DNA of 64,000 bases from Kudoa neothunni. Taxonomy: Eukaryota; Animalia; Cnidaria. The position numbers were made by a program, and so were the translations under genes. The stretch covers positions 10,627,844 to 10,691,843 of the forward strand of contig OZ199840.1 of NCBI GenBank assembly GCA_964304625.1, written 5' to 3'. The notes under the pieces are model-generated. The model was given only the letters and a program-made list of their open reading frames with translations. It was not told where the DNA came from and made no database searches. This document shows, one piece after another, positions 28,191 through 45,517 of this stretch (the stretch's first letter is position 1; the number at the start of each line of letters is the position of its first letter).

Positions 28191-31100
28191 GGCAGTGACT
28201 ATTGGCCCGGAAGATGAGTTTTACTATCGTTTTACGATTTTGTAATATAAAAAAAGTAAAATTAGAATTTTTATTTCCAATCTGTTAAATTACAACGTTT
28301 ACACTTATTTTTTTAATATTCGAGTCGCTCCAGTTGGGAATTGTTATCGGCACAGCGTGATTATCTTTTCCTAATATTATTTATTTAACTTATATTTTAT
28401 CGTGGAAATTTATGAAAAAATTGATATGATGGTGGTATCTAAATTAAGCAATGGCGTTAAATTTTATGAACCTTGTATTTCATGTAGCGTGGTTATTCAT
28501 ACGCAATGAACAGCAACGAAAGTGGTGGAAGCAACAATGATGCTAATACTAACGAGAATAGTTTTTTAACGTTGGTGATACGTTTAATAGCTTTGAAGAG
28601 TTAAAGTTGAAAATTGAATAGTTGGAATTACGTGATAAATATACGATGCCCATATTAAATCCATTATTAAAATATTAACAATTAAAATATTGTTGTATTC
28701 ACATCGGAAACAAGGTAAATTATTTTCTTTCATTAAATATTTGTTCATTTAATGTTAATTATTGTTTTGTCTTTAGAAATATTTTTATTTAATTGTTAAG
28801 TTATTTATTGGTTTTATTACTTTAGAGAAAGCGATCAACTAGCCAACGAAATACGAACTTTTATTATAAGGGATGCCCAATATTTTAAGGTTTCTAATTG
28901 ACACCAACGGGAAAAACCTTGTGTTTAAATCTCTTAATTTATCACATAATCACAATTCTCTTAGTTTACTCAAAAAATTTTCGTCAAAGACAAAGAAAAT
29001 AATGGAGATTATATATATATATATACATTATACAGCTTGGTGAAGTTGACGGTAATTCAAAGGCTATCCAAAAAAAATATTTTAAGGAGGAGGGAAAATA
29101 CGTTTCACTGAAAAAGCTAAGAAACATTTAATATTCAATTAAATCCCATTCAACCACACTTGATTGTTTGTTAACTCTAAAAAATAATCCTAATGTATTT
29201 ATTGAAGTGTTAGAAGGTGCAAATAAATTATTAGATTGTAGGGCTCCAGTTTATTTTCTTGTGGTAATGGATGGAAGAAGAATGAGCTAGATTGTGGCAA
29301 CAGGAATCCTCACTGAAGAAACTGAGGAAATATTATCGTGGTTTATTAAACAATTAAAAAGCATAACCCAGTGATAGAAAACGAGACTAAAATTTTTATG
29401 ACAGACAAAGACATGGTAGAAGGAAAAGTTTTAAAAAATATTATTCCAAATGTTAACATTCAATTATGCCTTTATCATGTCTTAAAAGCATTTAATCGTG
29501 AAATCAAGGTAGAGAAAATGAACATCAATTCTAAGGAAAAAGAAATTTCACTCTTTTACCTACAAAAAATCTCATACGCCAAAAACAATGATGAATATAA
29601 TTCTATAAAAAAACAATTTAAGGATAACGTAAGAGAAAACGTTTATCGTTATTTTAAAAATGATTGGCATATCATCAAAGATGAATGGGTTATTGGTTTA
29701 CGGAGATACGATGGAATGTTCTTAAATTTTACCAATAATAGAATTAAAAGTGTCAATTCCAAAGTAAAACAAGTGATTCCATTGTTTTCCTCTTTTGAAG
29801 AATTTTTCAAGAAGTTTCTGGTTTACATAAATACTTCAAGAATGGAGAATGATAATAAGGCAGTTCAAGAAATTTTAGACTCCTCAAAAATTCATTGATC
29901 CTGATATAATCAAGTATTATAATTATTTAACCAAATACCCATTTCAAATGGTTTCAAATGAATATTCTAAAGTTCTTCTATCGCCAGAAAACATAGGTGA
30001 CGAAATTTTTCCAGATAGTTTTAGTATGTCTTCTAATGATAAATGTGGCTGTCCCTTTAGAATCAGAATGAACTTACCATGCTGTCACGTATTTACACCT
30101 CGAAAAAAGTGCGATCTTCCACTTTTTGATAAATCCGTGTACTCCAAGAGATGGACGAAAAATTACTCTATTGAAAGTCCCAGGTTGCAAGAAAATGTTT
30201 GCCAAAAGAATGATGTCGACTTTGGAAGCGATTCGATTACTTTCAGTTCTTTATCCAAGAATGTTCAATATTCAGAACAGAAAAAATTTAATGAAGCTTC
30301 TAAGTTAATGAAAACCGTCGCTGCTAGAGTCTCAGAAAAAACAGGCCCTGAATATAATTATTGGATAGATATGCCGAAACAGTTTGTGGAATGCGTTGAA
30401 AATAATGATAATGACTCTATACGTGAGATCTCAACAGCCTCAAGCAAAAACATCACTGTGTCTAAAAGTATTTATCTATATAATATAATGTAGTATTAAT
30501 TTTGAACTTTAGAGATTCAGAATTACATCATTGTCCTATAAACGAAAGTCAACAAGAATAAAACGGAATCCCTGTTTAAATATTTATTCTAATTATAGAG
30601 AGAAATCCAATAATGGTGAAAAATCATCTGAGATATCTGATGAAGATAATAAAATTTCAAGTAATACAACGGTTAATTATATTTTTGATTCAAAATGTAG
30701 AATTAATTTTTCCTTCTAAAAATTAAATACAAAGGCCGCCCTAAAGGTTCATCTACGACCGTAATTGGTAAAAAAGATCTAAAGTTCACATTAATTCGTT
30801 CATGAATTTAACTGAAAAGCAAAAAATTTATAGCATATTATAAATTATGAATTTTATCAATAACAAATAGCTATGCTGAGTTGGTTCGTTGATAAAAGCA
30901 TTTCGAGAAAAGCTACACTTAATAAAGAATAAATTGATAAAATATTTCCTTATTTTACTGACGATGCCATTTATAATATTAAAACGATTATAAAAAACAA
31001 AAAAACTGTTGGCTATATGTGAAGTATCTGTAAAAAACACGATTGGGAACATGGAATCATCTATAGGTTGTGATGTATGCTTAGAATGTAGTAATTTCAA

Positions 31101-32174
31101 ATGTCAAAATATCAGTGTTAGCCCATATTCTAAATATTGGTGTTGTAACGAATGTGAAAAGTTATTCAAGAACAAATAAAAGAATAAAAGTTGTAAATTT
31201 GAAAAAAAAATATTTCTCCAACCAAAGAATAGTTTTGTTTGAATAATCTTCAAAATTATTTACGATTTTTCCGGATACAAAACTTTTTATTGTAAATACG
31301 AATAGTGCTAAATTATATTTTTAATTACGCGAATAATCGAATAAATATTATTTCATTTGTAAGCATCATTGGTTATTATAAGGCCGATTTGTTGAAAGTT
31401 TCGTTTTTGAAATTAAATTCTACAATCTTAATCAGTTTTTAGAATGATGTTATATATTTAAAACCGTGATGGCGCTGATTGTGATGTCATATATAATCAA
31501 TATTAAATAAGTTTCATATTTAAGAATATACCAATATAATTAATATTTTTTCGAACTCGGACGGAGATATTTACTTACTCATTCGAAATAGCTTCAAAAG
31601 TTTAATTTATTTACAAAGCAAGCATAACTGGAATAATATTTCGTGATAAATTTTGTCAAATTGCTTTACTGCTTGACTAAATGAACTTTTGTTTGTTATG
31701 TACTATGTAAATTAACTTATTAATACGAATCAATTTCTCGAAATTGAATATCAATAAATTATCAAACTGATATAAATAATTATTAATTATTGCCCTAAAT
31801 AGAATCAAATATATCTCAACATTATTATTTTTAGATGTATTTTAAGGGTAAATAAAACATATAGTTAAGTCATTGGAATATTTAAATTTAAATAAGATGT
31901 AAATATTTCTGTAGAAAACTTAAGCCTTATTAATCCAATAATTCATAAATATGTTAGTTTATGTAAGAGTAGCATTTTTCACAAGTTTAATAACAAAAAT
32001 TTCGATTCTATCCGTGTCTGAATAGGTTTCTGAGTATTCTTTTTAATTAAACTTAATTGGTAGATATACTTGTCGTTAAAATGTTGTTTAAAATATTAAA
32101 TATAATTATATATCAACTTAAAGTACATTTAAATAGCATGTGATGCTAATCTGTCGGGCCAATAGTCCCTTCCC
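28191..32174 (+). mobile_element. Mutator/MULE DNA transposon 1 (ZSWIM3-like transposase-SWIM-AT-hook-PHD), decayed
   Basis: TIR GGCAGTGACTATTGGCCCG vs GGGAAGGGACTATTGGCCCG (reverse complement of right end); motifs FMTDKD, QLCLYHVLKAF, TNNRIKSVNSKVK, SWIM CGC...LPCCH, KGRPKG, PHD at 31010-31179; several stops and frameshifts. Confidence 0.9.
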
Positions 32175-33370
32175 TTATAATTATCAAAATCCTTGCCAGT
32201 AATTTTTTTTATAAGTTATTAAAATTCTAACCAAATATACACAATGACGTATAATCTTTTAATATCAAAAAATTTCATGAAATTTTTGAAGTTATACATA
32301 CACATTTAAAAGTAAAATCCACACAAAAATTCTGAATGAAAAATGCTTTTATAATAATCGAAACATTTTTTCTATATTAACTCGTAATTTTCATTAATTA
32401 AAGTGTTTAATACAATAAAGAATTAACTAATGAAGAATTATATAATAGAATGCGAGATTAATGCAAAAACCCTACTTTTTTGTAAATAATAGGCATCAAA
32501 AGAATATTTAATGGGATTTTTTTGGTTTACTTTTGTCGACTAGTTCACAGAATTCGGAAAAAGTGTTTGAACGAGTAGCACGCATATAAAGGATTTTATG
32601 ACGTTGTCATGGTAATCAGCATCAGAATCTAGTTTCGCCATAATAAGCTATTGCAAATGGAGTAATCATTCTAACTGCATAGTCTGTAACAACAAGCAAT
32701 ATTTTCTGAATTCTTAATTTCCATCATATAACCCACTAAATAACTTTTGATTTTATAGACTTTTTGAAAAAATAAATTATAACACCAAGAAATTCTGTAA
32801 CATAAAATATTTATGAGAAACAATAACGCAAGGTATATTTGAAATTTTAATTAATTATGCAAATACAAAAAAATACCTAATTATAATGATTGTATGATGA
32901 TAAAATTGGACTCAGATTTTATTGAAACCTCTCGCGGACCCCACCCACCCCTAGGATAACAACGTCCGCTCTATAGAAAGAAGTACGCTTTATCCAAATC
33001 TTACTGTAAAGTTTAACTACTATTTAATGAGTAAAATTCAAATTTCAACTCATCTCCCTTACTTTAATGAATATCTCCGAATAACAATTCATTAATTCAC
33101 AAAAGATAGTTGATCATGCTAACAGGAAAACTAAAACTTATTAAAGTGAAATAAGTTTGTAAAAGTAGCAAGAGAGTAATTAAAATTTAAGACTATCCAA
33201 AATAAAATTTAGCAGCTCAGAATGACAACCAAAACCGATAGCAATAACAAAAAAAACTACTAAAACACAACATTACTCAGAGTTAATATTATATTGCTAG
33301 CTCGTAGGCAGAAAACAAATGTTGTATGAGTAGGGAAAAACGAGAACGCAATGTTCTACCATCACCAAAA

Positions 33371-36326
<2,956 letters not shown>

Positions 36327-38950
36327 CACCACTTGGCAAACGAAATTGTCGGCTGACTTTCACCTTCTTCGTGCTGATGTGGTGATTGTTTAATACCTTC
36401 ACTTTGGAGATTTTTAAATAGTTTAATATATTCATTTGGTTCAGCTCATTTAATAACTCCATATAATCTAATCAAAGATTTTTTTAACCAACTTAGTTTA
36501 AATATTTACTTAACACTGTGATTTTTTGATAACTAATATCTCAGATTATTGGAAAATAATAAATTAAATATTTTATCGTGTGTGTTGGTGTAGGTGGATG
36601 TGTTGGTTTACGAATAGCTGGTCAACAAGATTGCACACACCATCCGTAGATAATACTATGCGCATGCTAAATTTATTAAAAATAGTTGTTTTATTTGATG
36701 TCAGGCGTTATTTATGATGGGTGTAATTTTTATTTAATGTTGCAATTTCGTACAAAGTTAACTTTATGTGAATCGCTAAAGTTATATTGTATCAAAGATT
36801 CGAATTATTAAGGTTATTAACTTAACAAGCTAAATAGAATAGATAATTATCATACTTGTTGCGTGAGGGTTTATTTTTTTGAAATGTTCAAATAATTTTA
36901 TATCGTATGGATACGTAATAAAAAAGTAAATTATGATTATACAAATTAAATATGATTATCTACTTAGATTCTAAGCTCCATAAATGTACAAAAAAACTCA
37001 TGAGACTAAGTCTTTATAAAATTAGCAACCTTGTCTTTTCTTCTTTCAGGGTGAGTTTTGGCTATGAAAAATACTACTTCATATAATCAACAAAGTTAAG
37101 CCGATTCAAAAATTGAATAGCTAGTTTTATAATTTTTAATCCTCAAAATATGATTAAATCTTAAAGATAATATTATGGAAAAAGAAAAACTTATATAGCC
37201 TGATGATTGATGATTGACACGTTATATTGGCTAATTTCTTGGACTTATTATTGGTGAACAGTTATATCAAGGAAGTTTTTTCCTGCACATATGTGATGTG
37301 GAGAGACAAGTTCACCTTGACAGCACGATGCTCGAATAGCATCGTTAATCTTCATCGCAATAAAGATTATGTCGGCAATGTAACAGTTTACATACAAATA
37401 TTAATGCCTTTAAATTATGGTTCAAATGTAGTTATATGTAAATCAACATATAGACATTTTATTGCTGCAGACGTCGATTGCTTATTCAGTTGCAATTTAC
37501 ATTTTAATTATTATTGATCAGCGTAATGAATGTTTAATTGTAACTACAGCCAATATTGAAAAGCGAAAAATTGATCACGGGTGTCTTGTTTTTAATAACG
37601 ATTTAGGTGAAATGTATTTATTTGTATACACAGGCCCAACGTTGTTTGCCTTATTTATCACCATATCTGTGCAATACTCAAAAAATCAAATTTATATTTT
37701 TTTCAATTTTATTTAAAATGAACTTCATCTAAAATAATTTCCTTCACACCTGTGATCAATTTTTTTATAAAAACCCATCCCCGCAAAAGTATAATTGTCC
37801 ACCCCTGGACAAGAAGAAAATATAATGTTTAGTATCATTGAAGAAATTTCAAATGAATACGACATTGACAATGTAGCCAAGCAGAATCAAATTTCGCCAA
37901 AATGAGGTTTAAATTAAAAGATTAGATATCCCATTTGCCTAAGACAGCATAACAAAAAACGTTCAACTTGCCACTAAAATTGTACAAAACCTATGTTTAA
38001 CCCTCATATACCAATATTTGGTGGAAATTGCATATAAAATTATAATTAGATAAGTATATTTCACAAATTTTGATATTTTTGTCGTTTTTGATGGAGTAAT
38101 TTATTCGTAAAACTACTATTTCTATCCTGGGGTCAAAAACGAACCCAAACTCATTTAAAGATGAAAATTGTCGATTCAGGACCAGTGTTGAAGGATCATT
38201 AATGCTTGTGGTAATGGAAACGATAGGCGAAACTTGTTTATATGTATACTAAGGTGTCTCCACCAATGATTTGATATAATTAATCAATTCAGCCTTATTA
38301 GTCTCTTCGTTAAAAATAATGATTTTAGGACTTTTTAATTCCAATGCTCATGATTTCATCCAAAGGGGTGGTAATCTAACTTCTTTTACATCCTCTGGTC
38401 CCAAATCTGCAATTCTGCCACAGATCATCGGATTTATTTTCCGCATAAATAAATTATTATATAGAATCTTAACTTTATTTAATCATATCTTAAAAATGAA
38501 ACATTCAATATTCACGAATACGCGATTGCGATCGAGGAAGTCGTAATTACATCCCAAACTGAACATTTTAAATTCCATTGACATTAAATATTAAAATAAT
38601 TTTACATTGGAGAACTAAACATTTGTCAGTGTTAAATTATTCTAAACGACAGCATGTGAGAGCAATTTTTTCAATATAAGTAGAAAAATAATTATCAAAA
38701 GGATACATTGTAAATGAATATTTTTTGATATCATAGTATCCAAATTTAATTCATAAATAAAACTTTATTTTACAACAATAAATCATAAGTAGGAAATAAC
38801 ATTTCTATCGCTATACTATTTCTAGATCTAGGACCTAAATGAATATATTTAATGAAAATAAACACGAAAAAAATTTAAATAACTAACCAAAATAAAACAG
38901 GGATTATACAATACAACAATCAGCGTAATCGTGTGAAACGGGTTGCCGTT

Positions 38951-41900
38951 TCATCTGATTGGCGGGCTGAGTCGAAGAATAGTTAAATTGTTTTCATTTT
39001 TAATATCTGAAATGTCCTGAGGGGTGAAAATAATAAGTTGGTTGGTAGGGTTTTGCTTGGAATATTCGATAAGCAGATCAAAACAAATTTTTCTATTTAT
39101 AGAATCCTACGTAAACAAAAATTAAATATTAATACAGACACGTAAAAATCCACCATGAACACATCAAACTCATCCAAGCATCGAAAAGGAGTATCCATAG
39201 TCATCCAAAGTGATACTACAAAGGCCAACGTGGAAAATGACCGTTCACCGCCGGACAGACTTTTCACATCTTTTATGTTAATGGAATCGTTTCTAAGAGA
39301 CATCTATAACCAATTCAATCATGCTCTCTAAGAAAAGACTGTACATTGATAATAAGTTCTTCTTTTGTGTGATCAAAATTAAGTGCGCCATCAAAGCCAC
39401 GATAACCGAGAATAGAAGAGAAGTATTTCTTGAGTTTGGTGGTTAACGAGGACTGCATAACTTCGTATTTGCGTTTGCGGACCACAAGTTGATTTTTCAA
39501 GGTCTGTTACGGGAGAAGACAAAAGTACGTAAATTAATGAGAACAATGATAATATCAATTGTCAATTACTTCGGTGAATTCCTTCAGGTTTTCGATAGTT
39601 TTGGTGCAATCAACCAGTCGTTTGTTCTCCTTAGTGTATTCCTGTTGGAGTAGATCGGTGTCCTCAGGACTATATCATAAACATTCCAACACCATCACCA
39701 ATTGAAACTACTTGATTTCTCTGGAATGTTTAAGTTTTATGGTGAGTTCATTGATTTCTTTGTCAATATCTCTTGGAGAACGTTTTGAATCTTCCGTGGA
39801 TTCGCCATCAGCATTGAGCTGGACTTCTCGCTCCTGAAGAGTAGCCAACAGCGCGTTGGATCTTATTAACGACTGACCAAGCTGAGTTTTGCAGGTGGAC
39901 ATAGTGTTGTTGATGCTGTCGAGTTTAAATTGAAGATTTCTGATTTCGCCAGTTATCACGTCTTCTTCCGCCTATATCACCAATATTTAACCACATTTCC
40001 ATTTTCATTCTCAGTCGAAAACAAAAAATAAACATATGTAGCATTTAATGGCATATATCTCTCATGAATTGGTTAGTTAAACAACAAACCAAGCTATAAT
40101 AACTATTGTTCAAAATTTCCATTTCTATTTATTACTAAAAAATTGAATAATAAAGTTAAAATTATGATATTCACAATTTAAACATATGCCCATCCAACAT
40201 TTACTAAAACTCTCTCTGTTACATATATAAATTTTATATTCGCCCCAGTTTGATACATTTTTTACAAAAAAAGTATACAACCACTAACTTTTTAACTATA
40301 AATCCGAAATTATAATATTAAAGAGAAATTTTTCATTGCCAATTTTAATATACATTGTATTATGAAAAATACCTATAATACTCGCATACTCTGTTCATGC
40401 ACTTAACTACAAAGTTTATCTTTTAGAATCTGATTTACAATAAGATCTCGACATTCCAAAGTTATTGCTTGATCCCAATAAGCTACGTAATAACGCATTA
40501 AAATGCGTTCGCAATCACATGTATTTTATCCCATCAAATTCTTCCAAGTTCGACTACTTATCTCGTTATGTAATTATATTACTACCCTAATCTAATAGAT
40601 AATGTGAATTAAGCAATAATTTTTGTGAATTTCTTATAAAATCATTTGGGTGAGTTAATAGCACTTTTTAATTTTTAAGTTGAAACTGTTCAACAATCTC
40701 CTCCATTTTTCAACCTAATAACATTCAAAAACCTCTTCAAATTTATAACGAACGATTTCCATAATGTTTGTATTTTTTATTAGCTATAGTTGTATACAGT
40801 AGGTAACCATTTTAACGTAATCCCTTAGGGCAGGGATTCTCAATCATTTTTTTAAAATTTATCCCCTAGATTTAGTCAAAAATTCAAATCTACTTTAAGG
40901 TTATTACTTATTTATGTATTGTTGGGCTTCATCGCTAAATAATAGAGATATTGTTTATAGTTTTCTAGATCATTGTTCAATACTTATTCCTGAAAACACT
41001 TGAAGCATTTCTGCCAACATCTTAAATGAGTTTAATAATCCTGAATATTGCAACTCCTAAGAAATCTTGAAATAAGTAACAAACTGCATTATTCAAAAAT
41101 TGTCCATACTCGACTTGGATCTCTTAATTACCCCCTGTCAACCAAAATCTACTCTTGGTTGAGAAGCTCTGCCTTAGCTTAGGGGTTTGGTAAAAACTGC
41201 ATAAAACTAGCCGCCTAACCATTTGTATGCATTTTTGTCGCATAGACTATTATACGATTTTTTTATATCGCCCTTGAAAAATAATTTAGGTAATACACAT
41301 TCAATTAAAACAAAAACTGTTAAAAATTAAATGAGTTTCCATCGTTATTTTATTTCAATGCTCTTTTTGAAACTTAGAATCTTTAATATTATTATTATCA
41401 TCTGTTTTTACCTAACCTGCTCCTCAATTACACAAGATTCAGAAAATTTTAACTCCACCCACCATTATTGGTAATTTAGAAAGGCTAACTGATCAAATAG
41501 GTAGATATAATCGTCAGAATATTCCAAATTAAATGTAATGGTTAGCAGATCAATAGAAACTTCTCGCAAAGTAACTTATATCCTTTGTAGTATACCTTCT
41601 TAAATAAAATAAAAAATCGTTTAAAGTTAAATCTATCATTTCCTGTAAAATTACAAATTTTAATACATACGGCGCATTTAATTTTCTTGGAGTGCCTTCA
41701 TAAAATTCGATTATAAAGTGTTGGTGCAGCACACACATATTTTTATTAATAAAATTCCTTAGACCGATTTAAATAATTCATACAAGAAATTCTTATGTAA
41801 TTCCTCATTATACATTAAAATTCCATTCGTACGTTAATTTATGGCATGTTAAACTGCAATACAATAATTAGTAATTTGTGTATTGCAATTATTATTGTAT

Positions 41901-44900
41901 GTTTATCAATGACTTAATTTTCTCGGCCATCGAGAACAAAAAACACTAATCAGCTAATAATATCCATCAAAAAATAAATTTCAGATAAATCATATAATTA
42001 TTTTTATTTATTTCATCATATTTATATTCAAATAGCCTTAAAATTCACAAAAAATTATAAAACTAAAATAAAATATTTAATATTTTAAAGTGTGAAGCTT
42101 TTTTAGAAAATTACACAAAATTGGTTAATTACTAAATAAAAAAATCGAGCACTAAAATGGATTTAGAGTGATTGATAATAAGTGAGATTAATTAAAAAAT
42201 AGAGAAATCAGTAATGAGAAACAAAGCTGCTAATGAAAAATAGGAAATTACTTTTTTCGAGTCGAATAGTTGCTTTATACGTTCATGCTCGGAGGTAAAG
42301 CGACAAAGTTCATCTTTCAATACAACCAATTGGTCACTTAGATTAGTGATCTCTTCAGTGTGTAAATCAATCTACAGCAGACGATAAATCTTAACGACAA
42401 TTTTTAAATAGAGCACATTCTGTATCATTTTATCTTTTTTTGTGGCCATATCATGTAATTCGCTTTCCTTAACAAACAACGTGAATCACAATTATCTTAA
42501 ATTTGACTATTAGAAATACAAGATCGTCAAGATTGACAGCATGTTTCTTTTTCTGGATCTCTTCTTCCAATTCGGCGGTCTCCTAAATTCAACAAGATCA
42601 ACCATCCAAATAAAGTCATCATCAAAAGTGTATACATTCTTAATTGTGAATTGTTCTCGTTTAATATTATTTATTTGTTGCGAAATGTTCGAAATTTCAG
42701 CCTGAGTGTTTTTGATGTCGTCGTTGAGTTGACGAAGTCGATTTTCAATTTGTTCAAGTGAACCACGATCTTCGTTCAATTCTTTTTCTAGCTCTCTAAA
42801 AAGTAATAATAACATTATTCATCACAATATGCTTTACTTTTTTTGGTTGTTTACATCCTCCACAATGTAACGAGGTGTGGTATGGGGGTTGGAGTAGAAT
42901 CGACTGGTAGCCATTTGAAAATTGACGAGGAATTCATCACCAGACACTGTGAATGCCTGATAGTATATATCAAAATCAACTTACTAACAACACACCTCTA
43001 ACAGCATACTTTAATGGTGTTTCTGGGAGGCTGTTCCAACATAATTTTCTTGGCTTGTTCAATATTTTCAATACAAAGTATTTTCTCGATCGAAACCTAT
43101 CGTCGACGCACTGTATAAAACCGTATCAAATGTCTCAACTAGTCTACATGATCGATCAACAGATTGATGATAGTTGGATGAGGCGAGCGTATAAGGTCGA
43201 GCATAGTAGGATAGGTTGTAATGTTGGGTAGCTACGTGGCATTGTTGAAATACTGAACCACTGCCTAAAAACTCTACCTTATCGTTGGGTATATCGTAAA
43301 TGCGATCCTACACAATGAATGTCATCCGATTTTAAAATCAACTTTAATCTACTTCAAATTTCATAACAATAAAATTAGGCATAAGATGTGGCATTTTATA
43401 GTAGCGCTTAGCTAAATTGATTAATGTGGTTTTATCTCTATGACTGTGAACGCAATAGGAAAGAAGTAGTTTTTTGAGAGCGGACTCAACACTAAGTGCC
43501 CATCTATTGTCCTCAACCGAAATAAGTGAACCTAAAAATGTGCACCACACCTAGTCGATACGAACTACAATCAAATCTAACCAATAGGTCCAAGTGGTTT
43601 CTTATCAAACAATCCCTTATTGTATGCCGTCTCAATGTCATTTAATAACGCTGGTGTATCACGAGAATACACTGTCAAATGACTGTTGCTATTGGTTAAC
43701 CGATCGTATTGTTGTTCTTTCTTTTTCAGTGTGTTAAAACAATTCCTTTTATCATTGGCCAGATCGAGTTGCATCTGTTTTTTCTGGACAACATTTTTTG
43801 TTAAGGTTCGATACTGTTGATCGAACTCCTTACGAGACACCTCCAAATCATTTGATTTGGCGAGGAGTTGTTGATGCTTTTCTACTATAGCCTGGCGTTC
43901 TAACTCACGACTTTTCTCATCTCTAACCAACCACAGCTATAACATCCACCCCAACCTAATCGTGACGTATTCTACTTTGCTTTTAACGTGTGGATTTTTA
44001 GTGCAAGTTCATCATATAATTTCTCCAGTTGTTTCAATTCATTTTTAGTGTATTGTATTCGATGCTATTAATGTAATTGTATTGGAGGTAGAAATAAAAA
44101 ATTAATTTAAATAGAAATAGCATACCCTGTTGGTTGTGATGGAACCATCTATTTCATTGTATCTTCGATTCACACCATCTTTGTCTTTCAAAAGAGATGA
44201 CGTTTCGGTGGACAATTTTCGTACATCTTTTGCTATATCTTTTAGGATGGTATTTTTGGCGCTAATCTCCACCTAGTTTTACTTCAATAATTGCAAATAA
44301 AATGCAAATTTACATTTGTTTCCGATAGATTTTGTTCGTATTTAGAGACGAGCTTTTCCAGAGAGCGTTTTTGTCGATCATGCTTCTCGTATTCCTACCC
44401 ACATTCAAAATGGACCAATAAAATGTTGTTCACCTTATAATCAACACTGTAGGCAGCCCATTTGAGTTGATGATTAAGATAGTTGATGCGCTCAGCTATC
44501 GCATCCATTTGAGAGTGAATTTCGAGTTTGGTTCGCAAATCATTGACGTATTTCCGATACTGCTTGCATGATTCGATTTTCAGCAATAACGCTTTCTCAC
44601 TATCGCATTGTTTCTCAATTGTTGACAGTATGCGTGACTTCATTTGGTTGAGATTGGTTGCATTCAAAAATATGCTGTATTTAGCTTTTGGATTGGAACT
44701 ACTGAGAAATTTCCGACTGGTCTCCTGTGTCAACACACACACCGGATTGCACACTTGGATATTAAAATGTTCCACTATCAACTCCAAATCATCGCGCCCA
44801 GTAGAAATTATGCGTTGGTCGGATGATTTGAGTTTGTATTTGGCAGCGCTGTTAGGAAGAATCCGTTTCTCCACCACAATTTTTTCGCCATACAAGTCAC

Positions 44901-45295
44901 TCTTGTAGCTGTCGACGCCGACATTTCGTAATGTGATCTCTATGGTTGAAAAACTAAATATAACAGAGATAAGTGTTCGTTGGAGTGCACACCTATTACA
45001 TCAACAACAAAATAACCTACCTACAACCAGTTTTTATTAAATCTCGCATGTTAGTCGCCCGATTAGTGTTTGATGCCTTACCACCAAGGACCAACACCAA
45101 CGCGGTTAATATCGCACTTTTACCACCTAAATTTCAAATATTTCACATTCCACCTCATATACCACACTCACTTCCGTTAGATCCAATCACAATATTCAAA
45201 TTCGAATCAAAATCAACCTGTAAATGTTCATGGCACATGAAATTTCTAAGCACCATTTTTTCAATGGTTCCAGCCTCCAATTGCCAACGCTCCAT
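38951..45295 (-). CDS. SMC6: Structural maintenance of chromosomes protein 6 (includes 2280-nt intron 39972-42251)
   Basis: [28 protein letters not shown], hinge [41 protein letters not shown]. Confidence 0.95.
40831..41171 (-). mobile_element. hAT-Charlie-like MITE, copy 3, inside the long SMC6 intron
   Basis: TIR CAGGGATTCTCAA / TTGAGAAGCTCTG; flanks CCTTAGGG / CCTTAGCT (6/8); interior is the reverse complement of the 10644/18616 family body. Confidence 0.75.
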
Positions 45296-45483
45296 TGGTA
45301 AGCGTGAGTTTTTAGCTGAAAACTGTTCTAGTTAATCGCGCGAGATCAATTTGGAGATTTTCACCAATTTGATCACTTTCAAATAATAACTTTTTTTGTT
45401 TATATTGCTTTTAAATATTTAATTTTAAATGTTTATTTCTAGGCGATCACAATAGAAATAATTTACGTCTTAATTTATTAAAA

Positions 45484-45517
45484 AATAATTCGGGTACGCA
45501 TGTGCACCCGAATTATT
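45484..45517. other. 34-bp near-perfect palindrome upstream of SMC6
   Basis: AATAATTCGGGT ACGCATGTGC ACCCGAATTATT: perfect 12-bp arms, centre still largely self-complementary. Confidence 0.85.
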
